NCBI GenBank assembly: GCA_964248365.1
Contig: CAXTYC010000009.1
Coordinates: forward strand, 32,001 to 96,000
DNA length: 64,000 bases
Direction: 5' to 3'
Source: an uncultured Chroococcidiopsis sp.
GTDB lineage: Bacteria > Cyanobacteriota > Cyanobacteriia > Cyanobacteriales > Chroococcidiopsidaceae
Shown here: positions 50,572-60,807 of the stretch, one piece after another
Layout of the letters: every line of letters begins with the position of its first letter
Position numbering within the stretch: position 1 is the stretch's first letter
Program-made: the position numbers and the translations under genes
Notes under the pieces: model-generated
Databases searched by the model: none
Seen by the model: the letters and a program-made list of their open reading frames with translations, nothing else
What the model was told of the DNA's origin: nothing

Positions 50572-53500
50572 ATGCACCGTATAAATACTAAGCCTGGAGG
50601 TTGGAACCATCAAACAGATGGTGTCATTTTTTTAACACAGACTCCGGCTCCTGTGGTATTTCTCACTGCTGCTGATACTGATATTCAAACTTTGGCAGCA
50701 GCGGTTGCTAAATTACCAAATGGCTTTCCCGCCTTACGTGTTGCCAATCTTCTACAGTTGCAGCAACAACTGACAATAGATACCTATGCCGAAGCGGTTC
50801 TAGAACAAGCGAAGGTAATTATTGTGCGGTTATTGGGGGGACGTTCGTACTGGTCTTACGGCTTAGAAGTAGTGCAGGAAACAGTACAACGTAATGGTGC
50901 GGCACTAATTGTGATGCCTGGAGACAATACCATTGACCCAGATTTAATCACTCACTCAACAATTTCGCTTCTAGCTGTTAATCAGCTATGGCGCTACTTT
51001 ACCGAAGGTGGGGTCGAAAATGTTGTCAACGCAGTCAAATTTGTTGCCGATACCTGCCTCAACACTGCCTATAATCCACCTCCACCTAAATTAGTGCCGC
51101 GTGTAGGTTTATATGCTTGGCGACAAGAGAGCAGGGGGGCTCAGGAGCAGGGGGGACCAGGAGCAGGGGGGCAGGGGGGCAGAGGAGAAATTATAATCCG
51201 TCTTGAAAAGTTTGGCGAAGAGAAGTGCCGTGGCCCTGTTCCCCCCGTTGAGGCAACTTCGGGGACCCAAACCGACACCGCCACGCGGGGTGCTACAACG
51301 AGGAAAACAGGGGCAACGCAGCCGCTCAACTTTTCGCAAAATCCAAAATCTAAAATCCAAAATTCCCCTAGCCCCCAGCCCCCAGCCTCCAGCCCCTCAA
51401 AAGTTGGCATTCTGTTTTACCGCGCTCATTATTTAGCTGGAAATACATCTCCAATTGATGCACTTTGTCAAGCATTGATTAAGAAAAATTTAGAACCAGT
51501 GCCAGTGTTTATCTCTTCCCTACGCGATCGCGACGTGCAAGCAGAGATTTTGCCCTACTTTGTACCCTCTAACGAGGAGAAAATTCAGTTACTACTTAAT
51601 ACGACTAGTTTTTCCCTAGCACGGTTGGAAACTGAAATCGAAATTATTTCCACACCCCTAGCCCCTAGCCTCCAACCTCTAGCCCCTGATATATGGCAGC
51701 AATTGGATGTGCCAGTATTACAGGTTATCTTCAGTGGTGGTTCAGCCGAAGGTTGGGAATCAAATTTTCAAGGGCTTTCACCGCGCGATATAGCTATGAA
51801 TGTAGCACTACCAGAGGTGGATGGACGAATTATTAGCCGTGCTGTTTCGTTTAAGGCAGTGCAAACCTGGAATTCGGACTTAGAAACAGATGTGGTGGTT
51901 TATGAAGCAGTGAGCGATCGCGTTGCCTTTGTCGCCCAACTGGCACAGGGTTGGGTAAATTTACGTTCCACCCCCACCAAGAAGCGGAAAATTGCTTTGA
52001 TTTTGGCAAACTATCCTAGTCGCAATGGTCGTCTAGCTAACGGTGTGGGATTGGATACCCCAGCTAGTTGTATAGAAATCCTCCTCGCACTTGATGAGGC
52101 TGGTTATCAAGTAGAAAATATCCCTCTAGGTGGGGATGAATTAATTCAACGTTTGACTGCTGGGGTAACTAATGACCTGGAAGGCAACCAGTTAAGACCT
52201 GTACACCAACAACTTAGCTGGGAGGAATATCAGGAGTATTTTGCCACGTTGCCTCAGAGTGTGCAGCAGGGTATTAGCGATCGCTGGAAAGAGCCTTTTG
52301 AAACGAACCGCCAAGACGCAAGCAGGGGGTTTAAACCCCAGGGAAACGCAAAGAAAGGAAATGAGACTAATTCTTTCCCCTCTGCCCCTTGCGCCCCTTG
52401 CCCCTCTGCTTTCCCGATTTCCGGTATTCAACTTGGCAACATTTTTGTGGGGATTCAACCTGCTAGGGGTTATGATATTGACCCAGCTTTGAATTATCAT
52501 GCTCCTGATTTAGAACCAACTCATGCTTATCTAGCTTTTTACTACTGGATTAGGGAGCATTTTGAAGCTGATGCGGTAATTCATGTGGGTAAACATGGCA
52601 ATCTAGAGTGGCTACCTGGTAAAAGTGTGGCGCTGTCAAACCAATGTTATCCAGAAGTTGCTTTTGGTGCTTTGCCCCATTTGTACCCGTTTATTGTTAA
52701 TGATCCAGGTGAAGGATCGCAAGCTAAACGTCGCGCCCAGGCTGTGATTTTAGATCACCTCACGCCACCAATGACTAGGGCGGAACTCTATGGTGGGTTG
52801 CAACAACTAGAGGCTCTAATTGATGAGTATTACGAGGCACAAAGTTTAGATCCTTCCAGACTACCAATAATTAGCGATCGCATTACCGCTCTAATTCTTC
52901 AGGAAAATTTACATCAAGATTTGGGATTGGATAATGGCAATTACCGTACAGGCGGGTTATCAGACATACTTGTGAACCTCCAGATAACTCGTTTAAACCC
53001 GCCCCTACCAATTACCAACTACCAATTACCAATTGACAAACTAGATGGCTATCTATGTGAATTGAAAGAAGCACAAATTCGAGATGGATTGCATATATTT
53101 GGGCAATGTCCGCAACAAAGTCAATTGCGGGATTTGATTGTGGCGATCGCTCGTCAACCTTGTGGCGATCGTTCGGGTTTAACTGTTGCGATCGCAAGAG
53201 ATTGGGGTTTAGACTTCGACTCTCTGAGTACAGATTTAAGTACCCAGTTATCAGCACAAGAATATCAGATTTTAGCCTTAAAAACTCAACAATCTTGTCG
53301 CACAGTCGGCGATGCAGTAGAAGTATTAGAACAACACGCCGCTAATCTAGTAGAACAGCTAATACACAATTCACAATTGTCACAGCCCAATTCGGAATTA
53401 TTCTTATCCCCCCCAGATCCCCCAGCCCATCCTCACCCAGGAACAGCAACCCAACGCGAGTTAGGCTGGATACGCGATCGCTTGCTACCTTCTCTCCTCC

Positions 53501-54810
53501 AAACTGATCAAGAAATCGCTAATTTGCTGCGTGGACTCGATGGGCGGTATGTCCCCCCTGGTCCATCTGGTGCGCCTACACGCGGTCGTCCCGAAGTGTT
53601 GCCAACAGGTCGCAATTTTTACTCAGTTGACATCCGTGCTATTCCTACAGAAACTGCTTGGGATGTGGGTCGCAAAGCGGCTGAAGTCCTAATTGAACGC
53701 TATACCCAAGAAAATGGAGAATACCCCAAAACTCTAGGTTTATCTGTCTGGGGAACTTCTACTATGCGAACGGGTGGTGATGATATAGCCCAAGCATTGG
53801 CTTTGTTGGGTGTTCGACCTGTTTGGGATGGTGTTTCCCGACGAATGGTAGATTTTGAAATTTTGCCGTTATCTATTTTAGCACGTCCCCGCGTCGATGT
53901 CACATTAAGAATTTCTGGATTTTTCCGAGATGCTTTTCCCAATTTGATTGATTTTTTTGATAGTGCAGTGGCAGCAGTAGCAGCGTTAGACGAACCGCCA
54001 GAGCAAAACCCGCTAGCGAGTCAGGTAAAACAAGAAACTCAGTTATGGGAATCGGTTGGATTGACATCGCAACAAGCTGGGGCGCGATCGCATTATCGCA
54101 TTTTTGGTTCTAAGCCTGGTGCTTATGGGGCTGGACTCCAAGGTTTAATCGAAGCACAAAATTGGACAGATGAGGGGGATTTAGCCCGTGCTTATATTAA
54201 TTGGAGTTGCTACGCCTATTCTCGTTCATCTGAGGGACGCTCCGCCCCAGAAGCATTTGAAAAAAGGCTGCAACAAATGCAAATTGTGTTGCACAATCAA
54301 GACAACCGCGAACATGATTTGCTCGATTCTGATGATTATTACCAATTTCAGGGCGGTTTAACAGCGGCAGTACGTTCTATACAAGGGAAAAATCCCCAAA
54401 CTTACTTTGGTGACAATTCGATTCCCGCCAACCCCCGTATTCGTCATCTGAAAGAAGAAATCGCCAGGGTGTATCGTTCCCGCGTGATTAATCCTAAGTG
54501 GATTGCTGGGGTAATGCGACACGGTTATAAAGGTGCATTTGAAATGGCGGCGACGGTAGATTATTTATTTGCCTACGATGCAACAGCTAATTGTGTGGAA
54601 GATTATATGTATCAAGGAGTTGCCCAGGCTTACTTATTCGATCCATCTGTGCAAGAGTTTATTCAACAAAAGAACCCTTGGGCGTTGCGAGATATGGCAG
54701 AACGGTTACTAGAGGCACATCAGCGGGGTATGTGGCAAGTTGATTCTCAGATGGTGGATAAATTGCGATCGCTTGTTCATCAAGCCGAGGCTATCATCGA
54801 GGAAAGTTAG
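50572..54810 (+). CDS. cobN: Cobaltochelatase subunit CobN with several repeat-derived in-frame insertions
   Basis: MHRI...PGG, ALPEVDGRI, HVGKHGNLEWLPGK, LPTGRNFY, NPKWIAGVMRHGYKGA. Confidence 0.96.
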   Translation: MHRINTKPGGWNHQTDGVIFLTQTPAPVVFLTAADTDIQTLAAAVAKLPNGFPALRVANLLQLQQQLTIDTYAEAVLEQAKVIIVRLLGGRSYWSYGLEVVQETVQRNGAALIVMPGDNTIDPDLITHSTISLLAVNQLWRYFTEGGVENVVNAVKFVADTCLNTAYNPPPPKLVPRVGLYAWRQESRGAQEQGGPGAGGQGGRGEIIIRLEKFGEEKCRGPVPPVEATSGTQTDTATRGATTRKTGATQPLNFSQNPKSKIQNSPSPQPPASSPSKVGILFYRAHYLAGNTSPIDALCQALIKKNLEPVPVFISSLRDRDVQAEILPYFVPSNEEKIQLLLNTTSFSLARLETEIEIISTPLAPSLQPLAPDIWQQLDVPVLQVIFSGGSAEGWESNFQGLSPRDIAMNVALPEVDGRIISRAVSFKAVQTWNSDLETDVVVYEAVSDRVAFVAQLAQGWVNLRSTPTKKRKIALILANYPSRNGRLANGVGLDTPASCIEILLALDEAGYQVENIPLGGDELIQRLTAGVTNDLEGNQLRPVHQQLSWEEYQEYFATLPQSVQQGISDRWKEPFETNRQDASRGFKPQGNAKKGNETNSFPSAPCAPCPSAFPISGIQLGNIFVGIQPARGYDIDPALNYHAPDLEPTHAYLAFYYWIREHFEADAVIHVGKHGNLEWLPGKSVALSNQCYPEVAFGALPHLYPFIVNDPGEGSQAKRRAQAVILDHLTPPMTRAELYGGLQQLEALIDEYYEAQSLDPSRLPIISDRITALILQENLHQDLGLDNGNYRTGGLSDILVNLQITRLNPPLPITNYQLPIDKLDGYLCELKEAQIRDGLHIFGQCPQQSQLRDLIVAIARQPCGDRSGLTVAIARDWGLDFDSLSTDLSTQLSAQEYQILALKTQQSCRTVGDAVEVLEQHAANLVEQLIHNSQLSQPNSELFLSPPDPPAHPHPGTATQRELGWIRDRLLPSLLQTDQEIANLLRGLDGRYVPPGPSGAPTRGRPEVLPTGRNFYSVDIRAIPTETAWDVGRKAAEVLIERYTQENGEYPKTLGLSVWGTSTMRTGGDDIAQALALLGVRPVWDGVSRRMVDFEILPLSILARPRVDVTLRISGFFRDAFPNLIDFFDSAVAAVAALDEPPEQNPLASQVKQETQLWESVGLTSQQAGARSHYRIFGSKPGAYGAGLQGLIEAQNWTDEGDLARAYINWSCYAYSRSSEGRSAPEAFEKRLQQMQIVLHNQDNREHDLLDSDDYYQFQGGLTAAVRSIQGKNPQTYFGDNSIPANPRIRHLKEEIARVYRSRVINPKWIAGVMRHGYKGAFEMAATVDYLFAYDATANCVEDYMYQGVAQAYLFDPSVQEFIQQKNPWALRDMAERLLEAHQRGMWQVDSQMVDKLRSLVHQAEAIIEES
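51205..51335. repeat. Nested palindromic (MITE-like) element inside cobN
   Basis: Terminal GAAAAGTT...AACTTTTC and inner CCCTGTT..CGTTG/CAACG..AACAGGG arms. Confidence 0.75.
52944..53008. repeat. REP-like element inside cobN
   Basis: Inverted homologue of 24536-24599. Confidence 0.85.
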
Positions 54811-54822
54811 GTATCTAGCGTT

Positions 54823-55246
54823 TCACTGCCCATCAAATTGGTGGATAATATCTTCACAGTAAGGGAGCGTCAAAATCATCAGGAACTACAAACTCACCCG
54901 CGCAAAGACCATAAGGACGTAGAGGTTTTGTACCCAAAGCGATCGGCTTAATCTCTGCCACAAGTTTATTGGCTTGCACAATCACGAATGTTTCACCTGC
55001 CTCCACTTGGCGGAGGTAGCAGATCAAATCGCGCTGAATCTCTTCAATAAGTTATCTGAGATCTTGCAGTATTCTCAATTAGCGCAATAGCCCGCCTTGA
55101 AAGGGAGTTCAAGGCTGATAGCATAAGTCTACTAAAGTAGACTTCTTGCAGACTCTAACCCGTTTCAACGGGTTTTAGCTATAAGCCTGGAACTTAAGTT
55201 TCAGGCGGCTGTTGCAACAGGTGCAAGATCTCAGTTATTGTAGCTT
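54823..55246 (-). pseudogene. Decayed Phd/YefM-type antitoxin interrupted by a MITE
   Basis: Own translation IEEIQRDLICYLRQVEAGETFVIVQANKLVAEIKP...RPYGLCAGEFVVPDDFDAPL, then a frameshift to EDIIHQFDGQ*; start region lost. Confidence 0.75.
55056..55234. mobile_element. MITE-like element with 13-bp terminal inverted repeats
   Basis: CTGAGATCTTGCA...TGCAAGATCTCAG, TTAT on both flanks; internal hairpins AGTCTACT-aa-AGTAGACT and AACCCGTT-tc-AACGGGTT. Confidence 0.8.
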
Positions 55247-55402
55247 AGTTGTCTAACCTTGCCTTTTGCTTGTTGCTGTGGCTGCGATCGCTTTTTGATG
55301 TTGATCCACCATTACTCTAGCCCAATCTGTTATTTTGTCGCTACAATAACAAAAATTTCATTAGTATTTAGTGTTTACTTGTGCAATCGAAGAAATTGAG
55401 TA

Positions 55403-56271
55403 ATGCAATATCAATACTCTGAAGAATATTTTTCTATTGCCGTCAAGCGCCTGACAGACAATCCCAAAATATTAACTTTCTTTTCAGACGAAGATGCTGT
55501 AAAAGAATATCCCCTAACTGGGAAAGTCGATGAGAATTTTTATACTCGTCATATCAAAGTTGATGACTTAGCAGCTCGACAACGTATTGTCTGTGGCTTG
55601 TACTACGATCGACCTAGTGATGTACCTCGTGAAATTGCAGAAATAATAATTTCTGTAATGAACTTTCGTGACTGGAAGCTAAATTTAGAATTATCAAAAG
55701 AGGAAAGAGATAACAATCCTTTGCCTAAGCAAAAAATATCACATGATGCTGGGGTAATAGCTCGGAGAAGTTCATCATAATTTTGGCTATATTTGTAGTA
55801 ACTCAAAAGTCTTCTCCTCCATTCACAGCAGTATTTGTAATAGTAATTATTGGTTTTATTATTTTTTATTATATTCTGTCTAGCTTCCTAAAGTAATACA
55901 ACATTGAGAAAGAACGTCGTAAAGCAAAGCGTGACGAAAAACGCCTTACTATACTACAATCAAACAATCAGTCACCAAAGAATCAAGTTCTCAAAAGTAT
56001 GTTAGAAAATACTCAATATCATAAATATTCTAAATATAATTTCCCAGCTGAAAATGTTCAGATTATTGAAAATACTAATGGTGGGGATGTTGTTCATAAA
56101 TATGCACCAGAACAAAGACAAAATCTTGCGGAAGATGCTAACGAGTTTTTGCAGCAGCTAGAGCAATTGTCTCCGGCTTACCCAAAGTTGAATGAAGCTC
56201 AACAGCAAGCGATCGTCAATAAGACAATCGAACGGATGAAACACGATAAACCAACGACTTGGCAACAGTGA
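55403..56271 (+). pseudogene. Probable frameshifted membrane-protein gene
   Basis: ORF 55403-55780, then a hydrophobic segment in a shifted frame (KFIIILAIFVV...VFVIVIIGFIFFIIFCLA), then YNIEKERRKAKRDEK in frame with 55999-56271. Confidence 0.55.
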
Positions 56272-56694
56272 CCAACCAACAATTACCCAAATTAACAACT
56301 GATAACTGATAACTGATAACTGATAACTGATCACCAAGCCTTGTTAGACTACCAAAGACGCGATCGCCGTTTCGGTTAAATTACCAATTCCATTTGGGCT
56401 TAGTTGTTATTTAACCGACGTTATCATTGAGGAATAAGGCGCGAAGCGCTTTTAACGCCGTTTATTTTGTCAAGGTAAAAAAATGAGCGATCGCAGCGAG
56501 GGCAGAATTCTTCTTTTCAAAACTTGGAGTATTAAGGGTTTACTGTCATATTAGATTACCCATAAATATCCCAAGTCCTGCCGCATAGACACACTTGTGT
56601 CTCTATAAGATTGTTAAAAGACTTAGGCAAGGTCGATCAGTACTCAATTACAATAATTCAACAGAAGCGACAAACTGATCGGCAACGACGCAAT

Positions 56695-57216
56695 ATGGCA
56701 AGAACTCAGCGTAAAGACAACTTTATTGACAAATCCTTCACCGTCATGGCAGATATGATTCTGAAGATGCTGCCCGCCAATAAAAAAGCTAAAGAAGCTT
56801 TTGCCTATTACCGAGACGGGATGTCAGCTCAGGCAGATGGAGAATACGCCGAAGCATTGGAGAATTACTACCAAGCCCTAGAACTGGAGGAAGACCCCTT
56901 TGATCGCAGCTACGTCCTTTACAATATAGGGCTAATTCATACTAGCAATGGGGAACACGAAAAAGCATTGGGCTACTATCAACAGGCGCTCGAATGTAAC
57001 CCCAATATGACGCAAGCGCTAAATAATACGGCTGTGATTTACCACTACCAGGGTGAAAAAGCCAAGGAAGCAGGCGACGGCGATACAGCTGAGCGTTTGT
57101 TTAACCAAGCTGCTGATTATTGGAAACGAGCAATTCAAATCGATCCCAATAACTACCTAGAAGTCCAAAACTGGCTCAAAACCACTGGGCGAATGCAAAG
57201 GGATATATTTTTTTAG
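56695..57216 (+). CDS. ycf3: Photosystem I assembly protein Ycf3
   Basis: [39 protein letters not shown]. Confidence 0.96.
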   Translation: MARTQRKDNFIDKSFTVMADMILKMLPANKKAKEAFAYYRDGMSAQADGEYAEALENYYQALELEEDPFDRSYVLYNIGLIHTSNGEHEKALGYYQQALECNPNMTQALNNTAVIYHYQGEKAKEAGDGDTAERLFNQAADYWKRAIQIDPNNYLEVQNWLKTTGRMQRDIFF

Positions 57217-57415
57217 AGGAACTAGGGGCGAGAGGAACCAGGGGCGAGAGGCACTCGTGCGAGAGGCGAGAGGCTATAAATTTAGCTTTCTTTTGCTCCC
57301 CTTTGCTCCCCTTTGCTTCCCTTTGCTCCCTTTTGTTCCCCTTTGCTCCTTTGCAGGCGAGACCCCCTGCGCTACCCCTGCTTTCTTCTAGCCTCTAGCT
57401 ATAGCGCCCCTCACT

Positions 57416-57706
57416 ATGATTGACAAAGAACAAGTTCGTAAAGTTGCACATTTGGCTCGTTTAGAATTGACACCCCAAGAGGAGGAGCAATTCACTAATC
57501 AGCTGGGCAGTATTCTAGATTATTTTGAACAGCTAAGTGAACTTGATGTTACTGATGTGCCACCCACAACACGCGCAATTGATGTCAGCAATGTAACTCG
57601 TCAGGATGAACTGCAACCATATTGCGATCGCAATATGCTGCTTGAAAGTGCGCCCCTTCAAGAAGGCGACTTTTTCAAGGTTCCCAAAATTCTCAATCAA
57701 GCCTAA
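57416..57706 (+). CDS. gatC: Asp/Glu-tRNA amidotransferase subunit C
   Basis: [17 protein letters not shown]. Confidence 0.96.
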   Translation: MIDKEQVRKVAHLARLELTPQEEEQFTNQLGSILDYFEQLSELDVTDVPPTTRAIDVSNVTRQDELQPYCDRNMLLESAPLQEGDFFKVPKILNQA

Positions 57707-57951
57707 ATCGAGTACTTTTTGAGCGGTGAAATACATTTTACCTCTGTCTTCGTCATATTTGTAGGTTTGTATCCAGGGAGCGGTGACGAATGCGTTTAAA
57801 GTATGGTAATCAGTCTAAATAGGGCAGAGAAAAACCATACTGTTTCTCTGGTTACAAGGCTCTCACCTAGTAAAGAGGGGTTTGGGGGAAATAACTGAAG
57901 CTGAAATATACACAATTCCCTCACCGATACAAGCTTTCAATAGAGGTAGTT

Positions 57952-58932
57952 ATGGGATTAGGTATCCTGATTGAAGGTAAGTGGATTTCAGAACGGAATC
58001 AAGAAGACGAAAAAGGCAGATTTATTCGCCCCTCAACGACGTTCCGCCACCAAATTACAGCAGACGGCATGGGTGGTTTTAAAGCCCAGTCGGGACGCTA
58101 TCACCTATATATCTCATGGGCTTGTCCTTGGGCGCAGCGAACTGCAATTATGCGGAAGTTGAAGGGACTGGAAGAGGCGATCAGTTTGTCAGTTGTTGCT
58201 CCAGTAATTGACCAAAATAGTTGGGAATTTTCTGATGAGCCAGGTTGTATCCCCGATACTGTAAATCATACTAATTATTTATGGGAAATTTATCTCAAAG
58301 CTGACTCTAATTACAGTGGGCGGGTAACTGTCCCAGTTTTGTGGGATAAACAAACTGGCACAATTGTCAATAACGAATCCCGCGAAATCATTCGGATGTT
58401 CGACACGCAATTTGATGCCATTGCTCAAAAAGATGCAAACTTTTATCCAGAAGATTTGCAGGCGAAAATTGACGAAACAATTGATGCAATTTACCAACCG
58501 ATAAATAATGGTGTCTACCGTGCCGGATTTGCTACTAAGCAATCAGCCTACGAAGAGGCAGTAACAGAATTATTTGATGCTCTAGACTATTGGGAGAAAG
58601 TATTAGCAGAACAACGTTATTTGTGTGGAAATCAAATCACACAAGCAGACTGGTGTATGTTCACAACTCTGTTGCGCTTCGATGCAGTCTACTACGTTCA
58701 CTTCAAGTGCAACTTACGCCGCATTGTAGATTATCCCAACTTGTGGAACTACCTAAAAGACCTATATCAGCAGCCAGGAGTAAAGGAAACCTGCAACCTC
58801 GACCACATCAAACAGCACTACTACAAAAGCCACCCCAATGTCAACCCTACTCGGATTGTTCCCAAAGGACCAATAATTGATTTTGAGGCGGCACACAACC
58901 GCTATAGAATGGGCGCGATCGCCAAAGTTTAA
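57952..58932 (+). CDS. Glutathionyl-hydroquinone reductase (YqjG-type GST)
   Basis: CPWA, VTVPVLWD, NNES, INNGVYRAGFA, NPTRIVP. Confidence 0.92.
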   Translation: MGLGILIEGKWISERNQEDEKGRFIRPSTTFRHQITADGMGGFKAQSGRYHLYISWACPWAQRTAIMRKLKGLEEAISLSVVAPVIDQNSWEFSDEPGCIPDTVNHTNYLWEIYLKADSNYSGRVTVPVLWDKQTGTIVNNESREIIRMFDTQFDAIAQKDANFYPEDLQAKIDETIDAIYQPINNGVYRAGFATKQSAYEEAVTELFDALDYWEKVLAEQRYLCGNQITQADWCMFTTLLRFDAVYYVHFKCNLRRIVDYPNLWNYLKDLYQQPGVKETCNLDHIKQHYYKSHPNVNPTRIVPKGPIIDFEAAHNRYRMGAIAKV

Positions 58933-59196
58933 AATTGCTGTATTGACCAAAAAGGCAGGGTAAAGGGTAAAGGGTAAAGGCTAGAGGCGCTATAGCTAGA
59001 GGAACTAGAGAAAGGTGAATTCTCCCCTTGTCCCCTTGTCTCCTCTTTCCCCCTCTCTTATTTTGTGCAACGTCTAGTTTAATTGGGCATCCTAAAATTA
59101 TGCAGCTATGCGTAAATGCTAGCTGCATAATTGTTATTTATATTAGTACCAAGCTTTTAGGAGGTACTATGAATGCTTGCTGTGAAGTTTATTTGT

Positions 59197-59370
59197 ATGG
59201 CTGTGGAGGCATTTCTCCTATCAGCCATGCTTTCTTTTGCTGGAGATTTGATCTCGGCTAAGAGTGATGCGGCTGTGCAAGCAGGCTTTCTCCTGCTTGT
59301 GCTAACTGTGGCGATTGCGATCGCCAGTATATTTTTCTGGTTTCCCAGTCTGAAAAAATTATTCAAATAA
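59197..59370 (+). CDS. Small two-TM hypothetical protein
   Basis: Two hydrophobic stretches, basic C-terminus, ends just before the SPFH gene; start uncertain. Confidence 0.5.
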   Translation: MAVEAFLLSAMLSFAGDLISAKSDAAVQAGFLLLVLTVAIAIASIFFWFPSLKKLFK

Positions 59371-59387
59371 CTAAAGCTACGTGTGTG

Positions 59388-60227
59388 ATGAAAAAAAAAT
59401 ACGCTATTTTACTAGGTATATTGACCGTCTCAGTTGCTGCTTGTAGTATCTTACCTGGTCATGTCAGAATCAAACCTGGCTATGTTGGTATTAAAGTTGA
59501 AGGCTACGGCAGCAGCAAGGGTGTCCAAGACGTAACATTGGCAACCGGAGACGTAGTATATAACCCCATGACTGAACAGGTATTTCAGTTTCCTACGTTT
59601 GAACAGAACTACGTATGGACTAAAGACACTAACGAACAAAGTCCCCTAGATGAATCAATCACCTTTAATAGTGCTGAGGGAATCGTTATTAATGCAGATG
59701 TCAATGTTCAGTTTGCATTTATTACTGATAAGATTCCTTTAGTATTCCAAGCATATAGACAAGATGCGGATGACATCACTAAAACTATCATCCGTTCTCA
59801 AGTAAGAGATGTGATTAATATTGTAGCTAGTAAACGTAAATTAACAGATATATTTGGGGCTGGAAAGGGTGAAATGTTAGCAGAGGTGGAACAAATTTTA
59901 AATCAGAGACTTGAGAACAAAGGAATTCGATTTGACTTAGTTACTTTCGTTAATGCTCTGCGCGTCGATCCAACTGTGCAACAATCTTTAAATCAAACGG
60001 TAAATGCTTCTTTTAAGGCTGCTGAAGCCCAAAATCGTCTCAAAGAAGCGCAAATTAATTTACAAATTGCTCAGGTAAAGGCGCAAGAAAATGCGGTAAC
60101 AAGTAAATCTCTAACTCCTCAACTTCTTCAAGCTAAAGCGTTGGAAAAGTGGGATGGGCAGTTACCTCAGTCTACTAGTGGAATGCCTTTTTTACAGTTT
60201 CCTAGTAATAATTCTACTAACAAGTAG
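59388..60227 (+). CDS. SPFH/prohibitin-family protein, probable lipoprotein
   Basis: IKPGYVGIKV, FPTF.QNYVW, ESITF, EKWDGQLP; lipobox VAAC. Confidence 0.88.
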   Translation: MKKKYAILLGILTVSVAACSILPGHVRIKPGYVGIKVEGYGSSKGVQDVTLATGDVVYNPMTEQVFQFPTFEQNYVWTKDTNEQSPLDESITFNSAEGIVINADVNVQFAFITDKIPLVFQAYRQDADDITKTIIRSQVRDVINIVASKRKLTDIFGAGKGEMLAEVEQILNQRLENKGIRFDLVTFVNALRVDPTVQQSLNQTVNASFKAAEAQNRLKEAQINLQIAQVKAQENAVTSKSLTPQLLQAKALEKWDGQLPQSTSGMPFLQFPSNNSTNK

Positions 60228-60333
60228 TTCTGATTATTGGCATTACATAGAAATTTCAACTTTACCCACAACTTCTTTTGAGACAGAAATTATAATTCGT
60301 ACAAATTCTGTCACAGCCTACCATGCAAGCTTA

Positions 60334-60807
60334 CTACCCCTGAGCGGACAGCGCCTTGCGGTAAACGATCTTGTCATCGCCTACTTTATAGAAGTCGCGG
60401 ATACGCGCTTCCTCGTCATAACCGCACTTGCGGTAGAACGATCGCGTGCGCTCGAAGTCTGGCAGCCCTGACGTTTCCACTAGCAGCACACGTCCGCCGC
60501 GCGCCTTCAACGTTTGTTCAATGTAGCGTAGCAGGGTCGCACCACGTCCTTGTCCTTGGCGATTAGGTCGGATAGCAATCAATTGCAGGTTCCACGTTCC
60601 ATCAGTCATCCGTTCCATCTCGCAGTAGGCGACCCCCACCAGCCCGTTGTCGTCGTCGGTGATCCAGAAGTGATCGTCGCTGTTACCACCAAAGTAATCG
60701 GACAGCATTTCGCCAAGCTCCTCAAGTTGGTTCGGCTGGAACAGTCCGGTCGCGTCAGCTAGGGCGATCAGCGCGGTTGTATCATCGGGCGTGGTCGGTC
60801 GAATCAT
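60334..60807 (-). CDS. GNAT family N-acetyltransferase
   Basis: QGQGRG, LLVETSG, FYRKCGY. Confidence 0.9.
   Translation of the reverse strand: MIRPTTPDDTTALIALADATGLFQPNQLEELGEMLSDYFGGNSDDHFWITDDDNGLVGVAYCEMERMTDGTWNLQLIAIRPNRQGQGRGATLLRYIEQTLKARGGRVLLVETSGLPDFERTRSFYRKCGYDEEARIRDFYKVGDDKIVYRKALSAQG

Noticed and set aside
51120..51400. Intein or intron in cobN
   Set aside because: No Cys/Ser...His-Asn intein termini or intron motifs; the insert is made of local repeat families
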